DNA of 64,000 nt from Spirogloea muscicola. Taxonomy: Eukaryota. The notes beneath the pieces were generated by a model. It was not told the DNA's origin, ran no database searches, and saw only the letters and a list, made by a program, of their open reading frames with translations. Position 1 is the stretch's first letter; each line of letters opens with the position of its first letter. The DNA is taken from the NCBI GenBank assembly GCA_009602725.1, contig WELB01000016.1, positions 435,427 through 499,426 on the forward strand. Direction: 5' to 3'. The position numbers were made by a program, and so were the translations under genes. This document shows positions 63,252 to 64,000 of this stretch, in pieces.

Positions 63252-63475
63252 TTACNNNNNNNNNNNNNNNNNNNNNNNNNNNNNNNNNNNNNNNNNNNNN
63301 NNNNNNNNNNNNNNNNNNNNNNNNNNNNNNNNNNNNNNNNNNNNNNNNNNNNNNNNNNNNNNNNNNNNNNNNNNNNNNNNNNNNNNNNNNNNNNNNNNNN
63401 NNNNNNNNNNNNNNNNNNNNNNNNNNNNNNNNNNNNNNNNNNNNNNNNNNNNNNNNNNNNNNNNNNNNNNNNNNN

Positions 63476-63623
63476 GGCGCCTGGCGACGGCCGCGGCGCT
63501 CGCCGGCGGCGGCGGCGGTCAGGCCGCGCTGCAGCATGACGGAGCTGCGACGAGCGCCGCATCCTTCCCGCGCGCGGTCGCGGTGGCCTGCCTCGGCGCC
63601 CTGCTCTTCGGCTACCACCTCGG
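63476..63623 (+). CDS. Plastidic glucose transporter (pGlcT-like, MFS), partial exon
   Basis: VAVACLGALLFGYHLG followed by the donor GTGAGC, a characteristic TM1 of the pGlcT subfamily. Upstream is an N gap; the rest lies outside the window. Confidence 0.75.
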
Positions 63624-64000
63624 GTGAGCGAGCTCGCGTTAAATCATATCCACCTTCCCCCGTCTCCTTCCCTTGTGAGGAGGGCCACTTTCGCTTCTCT
63701 CAGAGCATTTACGCTCAGGGCTGTGGCCTCAGAGCAGTGTAAGTGACTACAGCTTGTCTGTCCCCAAGCACCCTCATGCTAGTCGTGATTCGTAGCATCA
63801 CTGCAACGGCGTGCAAAGCTCGTCATGAGAAGTTTACGTGCAATGCCAGGGCGCTAGTTCCTCTCCGCACGCCTGTGCTCATGAGCCAACTGTGTTGCAG
63901 CAACGATTACTGAGCATCCAATACCTGTGGAGCTCCAGTCTGGACGCAATAGATGGGAGGTTTGGGTTATGTCAAGCTCCACGCATTGTGGATCAAACTC

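Overview
Intron-rich, GC-rich nuclear DNA from a green plant. The gene set (EG16, GT47, ATL RING-H2, RLCK-VII, SAC9, malectin proteins) suggests a streptophyte alga, possibly a zygnematophyte (inference). It is a draft assembly with N gaps. About 14 coding loci: two head-to-head VPS39 paralogs (one apparently truncated and spliceable onto Sel1 repeats that carry an in-frame TAG), an uncharacterised plant protein, a poly-Pro plus tandem EG16 protein with a dead first domain, a protein with a microbial-type domain, a GT47 galactosyltransferase, an ATL E3 ligase, plastid LPAAT, an RLCK-VII kinase, SAC9, a PRL1-interacting-factor-A/HEXIM-motif protein, two kinase-less malectin-like proteins and the start of a pGlcT-like transporter. 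Intergenic space is dominated by one mobile system. It comprises decayed 3' ends of an RLE-type (CRE-like) non-LTR retrotransposon, more than 20 copies of its ~50-nt structured tail (one with a 7-bp TSD and an empty site in the window), and a ~160-bp head found three times, twice abutting a gene 5' end. A TGT...ACA long-TIR element is nested in one remnant. Exon boundaries were read by eye and family names are from memory; no searches were run.
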